Shown: positions 8,288-17,549 of the stretch, in pieces
Layout of the letters: every line of letters starts with the position of its first letter
Numbering within the stretch: position 1 is the first letter of the stretch
NCBI GenBank assembly: GCA_963840885.1
Contig: CAWJAN010000004.1
Span: 47,984-111,983 of the forward strand
Direction: 5' to 3'
Source: an uncultured bacterium
GTDB lineage: Bacteria; Patescibacteriota; Minisyncoccia; Phycocordibacterales; GWA1-40-21
Length of the DNA: 64,000 bases
Made by a program: the position numbers and the translations under genes
Notes under the pieces: generated by a model
The model's input: only the letters and a program-made list of their open reading frames with translations
Databases searched by the model: none
What the model was told of the DNA's origin: nothing

Positions 8288-10249
8288 ATGAAAAAACATC
8301 ACGGAGGCGTAGGAGAAAAAGCGCATAAAACTGTTCTCGGAACGATAAGATCGGTAAGAGGAAATATGGCCTATTTTCTGGGCGAAAAAGAAAAGATAGA
8401 AGCGGAAATTTCCACAAGATTACTGAAAACGGCTATGTCAGGAGACAAAGTCGAGGTAAAGCTTTATAAAAAAGGAAAGTCAGGATTATACGAAGCGGAA
8501 GTCGATAAAGTCCTTGAAAGAGCCAAGAGCTATTTCGTCGGTCTCATCAAGATAGAAGGAGAAAATATCAGCTTCATTCCGGACGATAAAAAACTTAAAG
8601 CAAACGTAAAAATACCGAAAGAAAATCTTAGAAACGCCAAAAACGGAGATAAGGTCAAAGTTAAGATACTTCAATGGAATCTTTGGCCTAAAGATTTTAT
8701 TGGCGAAGTCGTAAACACTCTCGGAAAAGCCGGCGAAAATTCCACCGAGATGAATTCCATAGCCATAGACAAGGGCTTTGAAATAGAATTTCCGGAAAAA
8801 GTACTTGAGGAATCAACTAGGATTTTCAAAGAAAATAAAACTATTCCGGATTTGGAAATAGAAAAAAGGCGCGATTTCAGGAATACGCTCACGTTTACCA
8901 TAGATCCGAAAACTGCAAAAGATTTTGACGATGCCATATCTTTCGAAAAGCTGACCAACGGCCATTTTGAAATAGGTATCCATATTGCGGATGTTTCCTA
9001 TTACGTAACGGAAAACAGCGAGCTTGATAAGGAAGCTTACAAGCGCGGATGTTCGGTCTATCTTCCCGACAGGACCATACCCATGCTTCCGTTCGAACTT
9101 TCTGACGAGCTTTGCTCGCTCAATGAGCACCAGGAAAAACTCGCTTTCTCCGCCGTATTTGAAATAGATTCCGAAGCAAAGATCCATTCAAGATGGTTCG
9201 GCAGGACGGTCATAAAATCCGACAAAAGGTTTACTTACGAAAATGCGCAGGAAACTATAAACGCAGGAAGTGGCCAATATTTTGAGGAGCTCGATAAGCT
9301 AAATAAAATCTCAAAAATATTCAGGAAAGAAAAATGGCAGAAGGGCGCGATAGATTTCGAACAGGAAGAAATATATTTTGAGCTCGACGAGAATGGCAAG
9401 CCGATGAAAATATATAAGAAGGAACGCCTCGATACCCACAAGCTCGTGGAAGAATACATGCTTCTTGCAAACAGAGAAGTCGCCGAATACGTATATAAAT
9501 ACGAAAAGAAAACAGGAAAGATATTCCCTCTTCCGTACAGAATCCACGATTTTCCAGACAGGGAAAAAATCCGCGAACTCTCCATATTCGTAAAGGCTTT
9601 GGGACATGAGCTTGTCATAGGTAAAGATGGATCAGTCAGCGGGAAAGACATGCAGGCGCTATTCGCACAAGTTGAAGGAAAAGCCGAAGAAGCCATGGTG
9701 AAAACTGCAGCTATACGCTCAATGGCAAAAGCTATTTACTCCACGAAAAATATCGGCCATTTCGGGCTGGCATTCGAATATTATGCGCACTTCACATCGC
9801 CTATAAGAAGATATCCGGACCTTCTGGTGCACAGGATACTTCAGAAAGTCCTGTCCGGAGAAAAAGTAAGCGAAAAGAATTATTATTTCTATGAAAAGGC
9901 GGCTATAAATTCAACTAATCAGGAAATAAGGGCTGCGGAAGCTGAACGCGAGGGTAAGAAATACAAGCAGGTGGAATTCATGAAAGACAAAGTCGGAAAG
10001 ACTTTCGACGGCCTTATCACCGGAATCGCCGAATGGGGCATTTATGCGGAAGACACGGAAACTAAAGCAGAAGGAATGATAAAGCTTTCATCTCTTGGTG
10101 ACGATTACTATATCCTTGATATGAAAAATTATGCGATCGTAGGAGAAAAAACCAAAAAAAGATACCATCTTGGGCAAAAAGTGAAGCTGAAGCTGGTTGC
10201 CGCCGACCTTGAGCGAAGGACTATGGATTACGAGATAGTGGAACAATAA
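8288..10249 (+). CDS. rnr: Ribonuclease R
   Basis: FTIDPKTAKDFDDAIS, HIADVSYYV, HFGLA..YAHFTSPIRRYPDL and a C-terminal S1 domain. Confidence 0.95.
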   Translation: MKKHHGGVGEKAHKTVLGTIRSVRGNMAYFLGEKEKIEAEISTRLLKTAMSGDKVEVKLYKKGKSGLYEAEVDKVLERAKSYFVGLIKIEGENISFIPDDKKLKANVKIPKENLRNAKNGDKVKVKILQWNLWPKDFIGEVVNTLGKAGENSTEMNSIAIDKGFEIEFPEKVLEESTRIFKENKTIPDLEIEKRRDFRNTLTFTIDPKTAKDFDDAISFEKLTNGHFEIGIHIADVSYYVTENSELDKEAYKRGCSVYLPDRTIPMLPFELSDELCSLNEHQEKLAFSAVFEIDSEAKIHSRWFGRTVIKSDKRFTYENAQETINAGSGQYFEELDKLNKISKIFRKEKWQKGAIDFEQEEIYFELDENGKPMKIYKKERLDTHKLVEEYMLLANREVAEYVYKYEKKTGKIFPLPYRIHDFPDREKIRELSIFVKALGHELVIGKDGSVSGKDMQALFAQVEGKAEEAMVKTAAIRSMAKAIYSTKNIGHFGLAFEYYAHFTSPIRRYPDLLVHRILQKVLSGEKVSEKNYYFYEKAAINSTNQEIRAAEAEREGKKYKQVEFMKDKVGKTFDGLITGIAEWGIYAEDTETKAEGMIKLSSLGDDYYILDMKNYAIVGEKTKKRYHLGQKVKLKLVAADLERRTMDYEIVEQ

Positions 10250-10280
10250 AAAATCCCCATGCCACAGCATGGGGATTTTT
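10249..10280. terminator. Bidirectional terminator
   Basis: AAAAATCCCCATGC-caca-GCATGGGGATTTTT. Confidence 0.8.
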
Positions 10281-10293
10281 TATTTGTTAAGCC

Positions 10294-11121
10294 TTATTTT
10301 GCTGCCAGATTTTCATGTGCCGGAAGCTCGTCAGCATATATATTATCTAAATCCATAGCGGTAAGAGCGGAAGAATAAATTCTTACTTCATCTACACTTC
10401 CTCCCCAATATCTTCCATAAGCGGAATCTGCGCCTATCTGAAGCTGAGTTGAAGAAAAATCTTGTGTGGGAAATGTTCCTCCATAATTTGAAGCTGAATA
10501 GGTGTGGAATTGTCCGTTTTCATACAAAGTTATTTTTGTAGGCGTTACTGACATAGCAACAAAATTCCATGTATTATTCGAAAGATTGAGCCCGGAATCC
10601 TGAGCCCACATACCCATCGAAGCCCAAATGGCTCTCAGCTGATTGCTGTATACCACTATGCCTGTAGCCGCTATGCTTCCTCCTCTGTAAAATACTATTC
10701 CTGCGCCATCAGACGAACCCGTTCCTTTTACCCAAGCTGTAAAGGTAACATTATTTGTATTGCCCAAGCTTTTAGTATTTGCGGAAATGTACTGGCCTGA
10801 GCCATTTAAAATATAATCGCCTTTTCCGTCATATCCGTCTGTGGCAGACCATACCGGATTATTGTGAAGTGTTCCGTCTTCTCCATAACTTGATGTATCC
10901 TTTGCCGTACCGGCGCCTTCATCAAATTTCCATTCCCCGGCAAGCTGATCGCCCAAACCATGAAGTATGTTGGCATCAGATTGCTTTCCGGCAGCCATTC
11001 TTCCGCTTTCATTGGCTCCATTCAAAAAAGGAAGGACTATTGCAGTAAGTAGGGCAATAACCGCGATAACCACTAAAAGTTCTATAAGAGTAAATCCAGA
11101 TTCTTTGGAATATTTTTTCAT
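10294..11121 (-). CDS. Type IV pilin-like protein with C-terminal LamG/concanavalin-like domain
   Basis: Prepilin cleavage motif G/FTLIELLVVIAVIA; WKFDEG..DTS, TFTAWVK and GSVDEVRIY LamG-like motifs. Confidence 0.9.
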   Translation of the reverse strand: MKKYSKESGFTLIELLVVIAVIALLTAIVLPFLNGANESGRMAAGKQSDANILHGLGDQLAGEWKFDEGAGTAKDTSSYGEDGTLHNNPVWSATDGYDGKGDYILNGSGQYISANTKSLGNTNNVTFTAWVKGTGSSDGAGIVFYRGGSIAATGIVVYSNQLRAIWASMGMWAQDSGLNLSNNTWNFVAMSVTPTKITLYENGQFHTYSASNYGGTFPTQDFSSTQLQIGADSAYGRYWGGSVDEVRIYSSALTAMDLDNIYADELPAHENLAAK

Positions 11122-11165
11122 ATCGATAAATTATAACTAAACTATATTTAAATACAATCCACAGT

Positions 11166-13439
11166 CTATTTTGCCACCTCCACTGCTTCTTCAAATTGGA
11201 TCGAAAGCAGCCTTGATAATCCGTCCGAACCCATCGTCACTCCGTAAATTATTCCTGCTCTCGACATCGTCTCCCTGTTGTGCGTAATCAGAATCAGCTG
11301 GGAATATTTTGAAAGATCCTTTATCATGTCCCCGTATTTTTTTGAATTTGCCTCGTCTAGCGCCGCATCGGTTTCATCGAGAATGATGAATGGAGGAGGA
11401 TTCACTGCTGAAATGGCAAAAAGAAGAGCTATGGAAGAAAGGGCTCTTTCTCCGCCGGAGAGCATCATCAGGCCCTTTATCTTTTTCTTCGGAAGGGAAA
11501 CTTCTATATCAAGCCCTTCTTCGGATTCTTCTTCCCCATCATGAATTTTTTCTCCTTCATCCGAAATATCCGGCAATTCCATATCAGACTTTTTCCTTTT
11601 CTTCTCTTTTATAATAGAGAGTGATGCCGAGCCGCCGCCGAACATAGTAATGAAAAATTCTCCGAATTTCGCGTTTATCTTTGAAAGCCCGGTCTTGAAC
11701 TCCGTCGCCAGCTTTTCATCGAGCTCTTTTATTAGATTCTTCAGTGATTCTGATGCTTTGAACAGGTCTTCAAGCTCCTTGGAAAGGAAAATGTCCCTTT
11801 CAGCTGTTTCCTTGTATTCCTTGACCACGTCGCCTTCGCCGGAAATTCCAGCATCCTCAAGGCGGATCTTTATCTTTTCAATCTGATGGCGTCTCTCCTC
11901 CTGTTTCGTCCTGTCTTCGCCGGCATCCATGGCTGCCGGAAAATTTTTGTAATGCAGAGCGGATACTCCTATAAGCAACGACGCTTCCTGGAGTTCTCGC
12001 TTGAATTCCGCTTCATCGTGATTTATCCTTTCTTCCCTTCCGTTAAGCGCCGATATTTTTCCGCGTATGTCATTTTGTTCGGCGACTATCCTGAACATCG
12101 CCTTTTCCGCATCTCTGTTGGAATCTTTCTCCTTCTCTATCTCCTTCCTGAGGAATTCGTATTCTTCCGAAAGCTTGGTTTCCTCATTTTCCGCTTCTTT
12201 CATTCTGCCTTCGATTTTGGATTTTTCTGATTCTAGATTTTTTATTTCCAATTCAAGGCCGCCTATATCAGCTTTATGCTCGCCTTCTCTGTGTTTTTCT
12301 ATGAATGAAGAAAGTGTGTTTTTTATCGATTTAAGGGAATCTTTCAGTTTGGAAAGATCCGGATATCCGAAAGCGGAATCTATTTCCAGATTTATTTCTT
12401 TTGCAAGATTTTCCACCTCGCGCAGAGCCACAGCTTTTTCCGCCGAAGTCATATGCTCTTCCTTCTGCTTTTTTATGAGCCTGAGAAGAGATGAGACTTC
12501 GCCTTCTATTCTTCCGAGATTTCTGGCTAGGGCATCTTTGGAGATTCTGGCATCTTTGAGCCTGGCTTCCGCATCCATGACCTCGCCTGTTTTCTTGTCT
12601 TTGGAAGACGATTTTTCCAGTGTTTCTTTCGCCGTTTTCAGCTCTTTTTCAAGGGCTTCGGATTTTTCGAGGAGGGGCTTCTTGGCGGAATCTATTTCTT
12701 TCTTTTCAGCATTTATATATGCTTCTTCTCTGAAAAAATATTCATGGTAAAGCTTAACCAGCTGATTTTTCATCTCCTCGGCTTTCTCTATCTTTTCCAC
12801 CTGCTTTTTAAGAAAGCGTATATGCGGAGCTATTTCCCTTCGCAGAGATTCAACCTGCTTTATATTCTCTTCCGTCCTGTCGAGCTTTCTCAGGCTCTCT
12901 TCTTTTTTGTACTGGAAAATCTTCAAGCCCAGGGCGTCCTCTATCATTTCTTTCCTCTCTTTTATATTTGCATTCAAAATCCTGTCGGCTTCGCCTTGGG
13001 AAATTATCTGATGGCCAGATGCGCCTATATGAGCGTTTGAAAGAAGCTCCACTATATCCTTGAGGCGGACTGCGCTTCCGTTTATAAGATATTCGCTCGA
13101 GGAATCGCGGTTTACCACGCGCTCTATGGAAACCTCGTCGAAATCTATATTGAAAATCCTCTGCGAGTTGTCAAAAATAAGCTTGACTGATGCCCTGTTT
13201 GATCTTGAAGCGTCTTTGCCCTGGCCGGTCAGGCCGCCGTTGAAAATAAGGTCCTCGGCTCTCTTACCTCGAAGCGATTTTATGGACTGCTCGCCCAAAA
13301 CGAAGCGGAAAGATTCGGCCACATTAGATTTTCCTGAGCCGTTCGGACCAACTATCGCCGATATGGGAGTAGTGAACTCAAGCGAGCTTTTTTTGCCGAA
13401 AGATTTGAAGCCTGAAAGTTCTATGGATTTTAGGTACAT
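11166..13439 (-). CDS. smc: SMC-family chromosome segregation ATPase (short form)
   Basis: YLKSIELSGFKSF, VGPNGSGKSN, LSGGE, ILDETDAALDEAN and ITH motifs; coiled coil; rnc-smc synteny. Confidence 0.9.
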   Translation of the reverse strand: MYLKSIELSGFKSFGKKSSLEFTTPISAIVGPNGSGKSNVAESFRFVLGEQSIKSLRGKRAEDLIFNGGLTGQGKDASRSNRASVKLIFDNSQRIFNIDFDEVSIERVVNRDSSSEYLINGSAVRLKDIVELLSNAHIGASGHQIISQGEADRILNANIKERKEMIEDALGLKIFQYKKEESLRKLDRTEENIKQVESLRREIAPHIRFLKKQVEKIEKAEEMKNQLVKLYHEYFFREEAYINAEKKEIDSAKKPLLEKSEALEKELKTAKETLEKSSSKDKKTGEVMDAEARLKDARISKDALARNLGRIEGEVSSLLRLIKKQKEEHMTSAEKAVALREVENLAKEINLEIDSAFGYPDLSKLKDSLKSIKNTLSSFIEKHREGEHKADIGGLELEIKNLESEKSKIEGRMKEAENEETKLSEEYEFLRKEIEKEKDSNRDAEKAMFRIVAEQNDIRGKISALNGREERINHDEAEFKRELQEASLLIGVSALHYKNFPAAMDAGEDRTKQEERRHQIEKIKIRLEDAGISGEGDVVKEYKETAERDIFLSKELEDLFKASESLKNLIKELDEKLATEFKTGLSKINAKFGEFFITMFGGGSASLSIIKEKKRKKSDMELPDISDEGEKIHDGEEESEEGLDIEVSLPKKKIKGLMMLSGGERALSSIALLFAISAVNPPPFIILDETDAALDEANSKKYGDMIKDLSKYSQLILITHNRETMSRAGIIYGVTMGSDGLSRLLSIQFEEAVEVAK

Positions 13440-13453
13440 TTTTGAAAAAATTT

Positions 13454-13792
13454 TTATTCCTGATTCACTATATTTAATTTTTCAAGACCCAGTATGAATT
13501 TTTCTATGTCTCCGTTTTCGGTGTCGAATTTTTTATAATCTACTACGCTTTCAATCTCGCCTCTCAATATGAAAAGATTCCAAAGATAAAAATCGGATGG
13601 GCGCGAGCCGTCTTTCTCTAACAGCTTTATTATGGAACCCATGCCGTTCTTCATCTCTTCGGCGACATTGGAATCATTCGTGCGGTTAACGAATTTGAAT
13701 ATGCCTTCTATGGTCTTGGAAAGTTCCTGGGATTTTTCTATCTCCGCTTCGGAAAGGCTGTATTTTTGCTGTTCGAAACTTTCGGCTTTCAT
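13454..13792 (-). CDS. Hypothetical protein
   Basis: 112-aa ORF filling the gap between rnc and smc on the same strand. Confidence 0.7.
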   Translation of the reverse strand: MKAESFEQQKYSLSEAEIEKSQELSKTIEGIFKFVNRTNDSNVAEEMKNGMGSIIKLLEKDGSRPSDFYLWNLFILRGEIESVVDYKKFDTENGDIEKFILGLEKLNIVNQE

Positions 13793-13800
13793 ATGTATTT

Positions 13801-14508
13801 TTATTTTATTTCAGGCCAATTCTTCGTTTTAAGCCCTGCTGCTGCGGCACTCTGCTCGGCATCCTGCTTCGATCTGCCTTCTCCTTCGGCGACTTTCGTT
13901 TTTCCAAGATATACTGCGACAGTGAATTTCTTGTCATGATCCGGGCCTTCTTCTTTGACTGTCTTGTAAGAAGGAGTTATGCCTTCCTGATTTTGAGCCT
14001 GTTCCTGGAATTCGCTCTTCGCATCGATCCATTTCTTTTCTTCTATTATCTTGTCTATGAGAGTAAATACATTTTTGGAAATAAAATATCTTGCTGTGTC
14101 GTATCCCTGATCAAGATATATGGCGCCTATCAGAGCCTCCATCGTGTTGGCCAGGATTATCTGCCTTGCCCTTCCCGTATCTTTCGCTTCGCCTTTTGAA
14201 AGAAGAAGATAGTCGTTCATGCCGATTTTTGAAGCTGCATCGGAAAGGGTTATTGCGTTTACAAGAGCCGAACGGAAAGAGGTCATATCTCCCTCGTTGG
14301 AATCCGGATATTTTTCATACAGATATTCTGTAACGATGAGCTCAAGCACCGCATCGCCCAAAAACTCCAGGCGCTCATTATGCGCGAGTTCAAGATCCCT
14401 GTGCTCATTCAAATATGACCTGTGCGTAAAAGCCTGCTTCAAAAGCTCAATCTTCTTGAAGTTTATACCTATATCTTTCTCGAACTTTGAAAAATCTGGC
14501 TCGCGCAT
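13801..14508 (-). CDS. rnc: Ribonuclease III
   Basis: AFTHRSY, NERLEFLGDAVL signature and a C-terminal dsRBD. Confidence 0.97.
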   Translation of the reverse strand: MREPDFSKFEKDIGINFKKIELLKQAFTHRSYLNEHRDLELAHNERLEFLGDAVLELIVTEYLYEKYPDSNEGDMTSFRSALVNAITLSDAASKIGMNDYLLLSKGEAKDTGRARQIILANTMEALIGAIYLDQGYDTARYFISKNVFTLIDKIIEEKKWIDAKSEFQEQAQNQEGITPSYKTVKEEGPDHDKKFTVAVYLGKTKVAEGEGRSKQDAEQSAAAAGLKTKNWPEIK

Positions 14509-14526
14509 AAATTCTGTTTTATCTGT

Positions 14527-15423
14527 TTAATTCTTCGTTCCTATTATATTTATCGATTTGGTTATTATCGGAAGTATGTCGTTGTAAAAATTAAGGCTGT
14601 CGAGATCCTGGAGCTTGAACCATTTCGCATCATCAAGCCCGCCGCTTTCGCCAAGCTTCAGATCTTTAAGGTCGGCGCTGGCCAAAAAATATGTGACCTG
14701 TTTCCTTATCTTTCCAAGATCGGGATTATTGGCTACATATTCGTTCATCAGAAGCTCCTGTTCAGGATTTATGTCTATTCCTATCTCTTCTTTGACTTTC
14801 CTTTTCACTCCGGCATTAAGGTCTTCGCCTTCATTTATCTTTCCTTTGGAAAGAGTCCATCTGCCGAAAACATCGTGGACCAAAGCGAAATAAATGACAT
14901 CATCTTTTATGGAATAAACCACGGCTCCGGCCAATTTTTGTATCGGCATCTGATCGAACGGAATGTTCTTGTTGTTCTTTTTTGAAGTCTCATCCTTTCC
15001 CGGTTCTCCGAGTTCTTTGTAGACCGTGCCAAGCACTCCGTTTACGAAGCTTCCGCTTTTCTCTCCGCCATAGATCTTAGCGAGCTCAATCGCCTCGTTT
15101 ATCGCGACTTTTGCCGGAACTTCCTTCCTATCGGAAAATAAAAGCTCGTAAAGGCCTATACGCAATATATTCCTGTCCATTATAGAGATCTTTTCGAGAG
15201 GCCAGTCTGGAGCAGCTTTTGTGATTATGCTGTCGAGATCGGCTTTTTTGTCTATGATCCCCTTAAGAAGATTTTCCGAAAAAATCCTTTCGGAATCCCC
15301 GTCACCAAACTCTTTCCTGTCGCGCGAAAGGGCTTCCAAAGCTTCTTCCCTGGAAAGATTCCTAAAATCCCACTCAAAAGCGGATTGAAGCACTATTCCC
15401 CTTGCAAGGTGCCTTGAAGACAT
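14527..15423 (-). CDS. nusB: Transcription antitermination factor NusB fused to a C-terminal NUDIX-like domain
   Basis: DRNILRIGLYEL, VAINEAIELAK.YG...FVNGVL, followed by WTLSKGK.NEGE......RKVKEEIG. Confidence 0.92.
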   Translation of the reverse strand: MSSRHLARGIVLQSAFEWDFRNLSREEALEALSRDRKEFGDGDSERIFSENLLKGIIDKKADLDSIITKAAPDWPLEKISIMDRNILRIGLYELLFSDRKEVPAKVAINEAIELAKIYGGEKSGSFVNGVLGTVYKELGEPGKDETSKKNNKNIPFDQMPIQKLAGAVVYSIKDDVIYFALVHDVFGRWTLSKGKINEGEDLNAGVKRKVKEEIGIDINPEQELLMNEYVANNPDLGKIRKQVTYFLASADLKDLKLGESGGLDDAKWFKLQDLDSLNFYNDILPIITKSINIIGTKN

Positions 15424-15521
15424 ATTGTTATCTTTGGATTTAATTTTTAACCATGATCATTTTATCAAAATTTCAGGCAAAAGAAAAGCCGGTTTTCATG
15501 AATGAAACCGGCTTTTTGTTA

Positions 15522-15737
15522 TTATTTTGATTCGCTCTTTGAACTTTCTTTTTTGGGAGATTTCTTTTCGAGATTGATCACCGTTTTTCCCCTGTACTTT
15601 CCGCAATTCTGGCATGCTTGGTGCCTCATGACTGAAGCGCCGCAATCAGGACATTTTGTAAGAGAAAGGCCGGAAAGAGCATGATGTGATCTTGTGCTCC
15701 CTCTCTGCGACCTATTATGTCTCATTCGATTTACCAT
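15522..15737 (-). CDS. rpmF: 50S ribosomal protein L32
   Basis: RRSH-like N-terminus, CPDCG...RHQACQNCGKYRG. Confidence 0.93.
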   Translation of the reverse strand: MVNRMRHNRSQRGSTRSHHALSGLSLTKCPDCGASVMRHQACQNCGKYRGKTVINLEKKSPKKESSKSESK

Positions 15738-15804
15738 AGTAGAAGGAGTATAGCTTACTTTCCGAAAAAATCAACTGCCGGGCAATAAAAAAGCCCGGTA
15801 ACTT

Positions 15805-16365
15805 CTACCGGGCTCTGAAGAACTTTTTAACTGCATTGATTATGTCGAAGAATTTTGGAAATTTCACCTCTTTCTTTATTCCATTAGCTTCCATGAAAAC
15901 ATTGTGGTAGCGTTCGATAAATTTCTTATCCTTGGACAGGATACTGGAAACAAGGATTTCAAAAGCCATCTTTTCGGAAAAGAGAATTTTTTTGCCAGCC
16001 TCCTTGTTTTCGAAAAACGAGCTTATCGGCACCCAATATGAATCAAGCCCGTTAAGCTTCCTGTTTTCCTTGAGATCTGGAAGGTTTGAAACTTCATCCG
16101 CAAGAAAGAAAAATTTATTCGGATCCTTTTTCGTATCCGTAAAAAAATTCCGTCCGGCATTCTTGATCTCTGCGCCGGTTTCCTCGCGGACTTTCCTTAT
16201 TACGGTATCTCTCGGGCTTTCTTCGGGATGAAAAGTATTCTTTCCTCCTGGCGCTTTATGGTGGCCTGGCATTTTGCTGTCCACCGCAAGCAAGCACAGG
16301 CCGATTCCGTCGAATTCCTTAAGAATAAAGGCGACGGAATTATGGGTCGCTAGTTGCCGTTCCAT
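15805..16365 (-). CDS. NUDIX-fold protein (divergent)
   Basis: PGGK....EESPRDTVIRKVREETG resembles a Nudix box; SD GGAGG before ATG 16365. Confidence 0.7.
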   Translation of the reverse strand: MERQLATHNSVAFILKEFDGIGLCLLAVDSKMPGHHKAPGGKNTFHPEESPRDTVIRKVREETGAEIKNAGRNFFTDTKKDPNKFFFLADEVSNLPDLKENRKLNGLDSYWVPISSFFENKEAGKKILFSEKMAFEILVSSILSKDKKFIERYHNVFMEANGIKKEVKFPKFFDIINAVKKFFRAR

Positions 16366-16441
16366 TTGATTTCCTCCAAAACAGCTTTGTGATGTCAAAA
16401 ATCCAACTTCATAGGTCTGACAATAATATTACATGACAAAT

Positions 16442-17074
16442 CTAATTTGTCAAAGTCATTCCCTTCAATACGTTTTTACAGAAAGATTTTCGGTGTTCAC
16501 GGCAAAGCCCGTATTTTTGTATGGCTTCCCTGTGTTTTTTTGTGCCGTATCCCTTGTGGATTTCAAAGCCGTACTGCGGATATTTTTTGGCAAGCTTGCA
16601 CATGAGCTCGTCTCTTTTGACCTTTGCGATTATCGAAGCGAAAGCTATCGAACGCTCTTTCTTGTCGCCGTTTATTATTGTTTTCTGGTTTTTGAATTTT
16701 TTCGGCGCCTTTATTCCCCCGTCCAAAAGAATCATGCATTCCGAAGGCTTGGCTTTTATCTTCTCCAAAGTCGTTTTTATGCATATTCTGCCGGCCTCGG
16801 CTATATTTATATGGTCTATACGGCTTGCACTTTCAAAACAAACTGCGTAATCGACTTTTCTTCGCCTTTTCAGCTCACGGAGCATGCAGAATGCTTCTTC
16901 CCGCTTTTCGGCTGTCATCAGCTTTGAATCGCGTATCCGGATGCCGAATCCTTTTGCGGAAAAATCAACCGGCATTTTAAAGGAACAGAAAGCTATAGGG
17001 CCTGCAAGAGGGCCCCTTCCTACTTCGTCTATTCCTATAATGTATTTTATATTCTCCGGCAGAGTCTTTTTCAC
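16442..17074 (-). CDS. rnhB: Ribonuclease HII
   Basis: IGIDEVGRGPLAGP, DSK, LLDG, GD....IAFASIIAKV.RD, HKGYGT. Probable GTG start at 17074. Confidence 0.96.
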   Translation of the reverse strand: MKKTLPENIKYIIGIDEVGRGPLAGPIAFCSFKMPVDFSAKGFGIRIRDSKLMTAEKREEAFCMLRELKRRRKVDYAVCFESASRIDHINIAEAGRICIKTTLEKIKAKPSECMILLDGGIKAPKKFKNQKTIINGDKKERSIAFASIIAKVKRDELMCKLAKKYPQYGFEIHKGYGTKKHREAIQKYGLCREHRKSFCKNVLKGMTLTN

Positions 17075-17146
17075 GATTACAATTATACAATATAAAATCA
17101 CTTTCTTATTTCAAACAAAAAAGGCGCAATCATACATAAATATGGA

Positions 17147-17422
17147 TTACGCCCCGTTTTCTCTGAATAATTTTGGCCTATGTTCTTTTAAGATTTTCCT
17201 TATCTCGGAAACTTTCATCTCGAACTGCCTTCCGGATGCAAAAAAATTGCTGACCAGAAGATCGTGGAATGCCGAATGTTCCTTGAACTCCTTTCTTGTC
17301 CTGAAATTCATCTTATCGAAAGTATCGAAAAAATTGTATCTCTCGGTAATGGCGACTATTATTCCGGCTTCTAATCGGCTTTCAAGAGTGATTTCTTCGT
17401 GTTCGCTAGAAGAACTTTGCAT
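17147..17422 (-). CDS. Small hypothetical protein (orphan)
   Basis: 91 aa; SD AAAGGAGG; perfect TTGACA-17-TATAAT upstream (about 17504-17476, minus strand). Confidence 0.72.
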   Translation of the reverse strand: MQSSSSEHEEITLESRLEAGIIVAITERYNFFDTFDKMNFRTRKEFKEHSAFHDLLVSNFFASGRQFEMKVSEIRKILKEHRPKLFRENGA

Positions 17423-17549
17423 GTCGTATCCTCCTTTCGGATAAGCGTGGTCAAACGAACGAGCCTTCTGAAACGATTATATGTAAAAAAAATTAGGGTG
17501 TCAACGGGACGCATATAAAAATATTTTGATATACTTAAGCATATATTTT

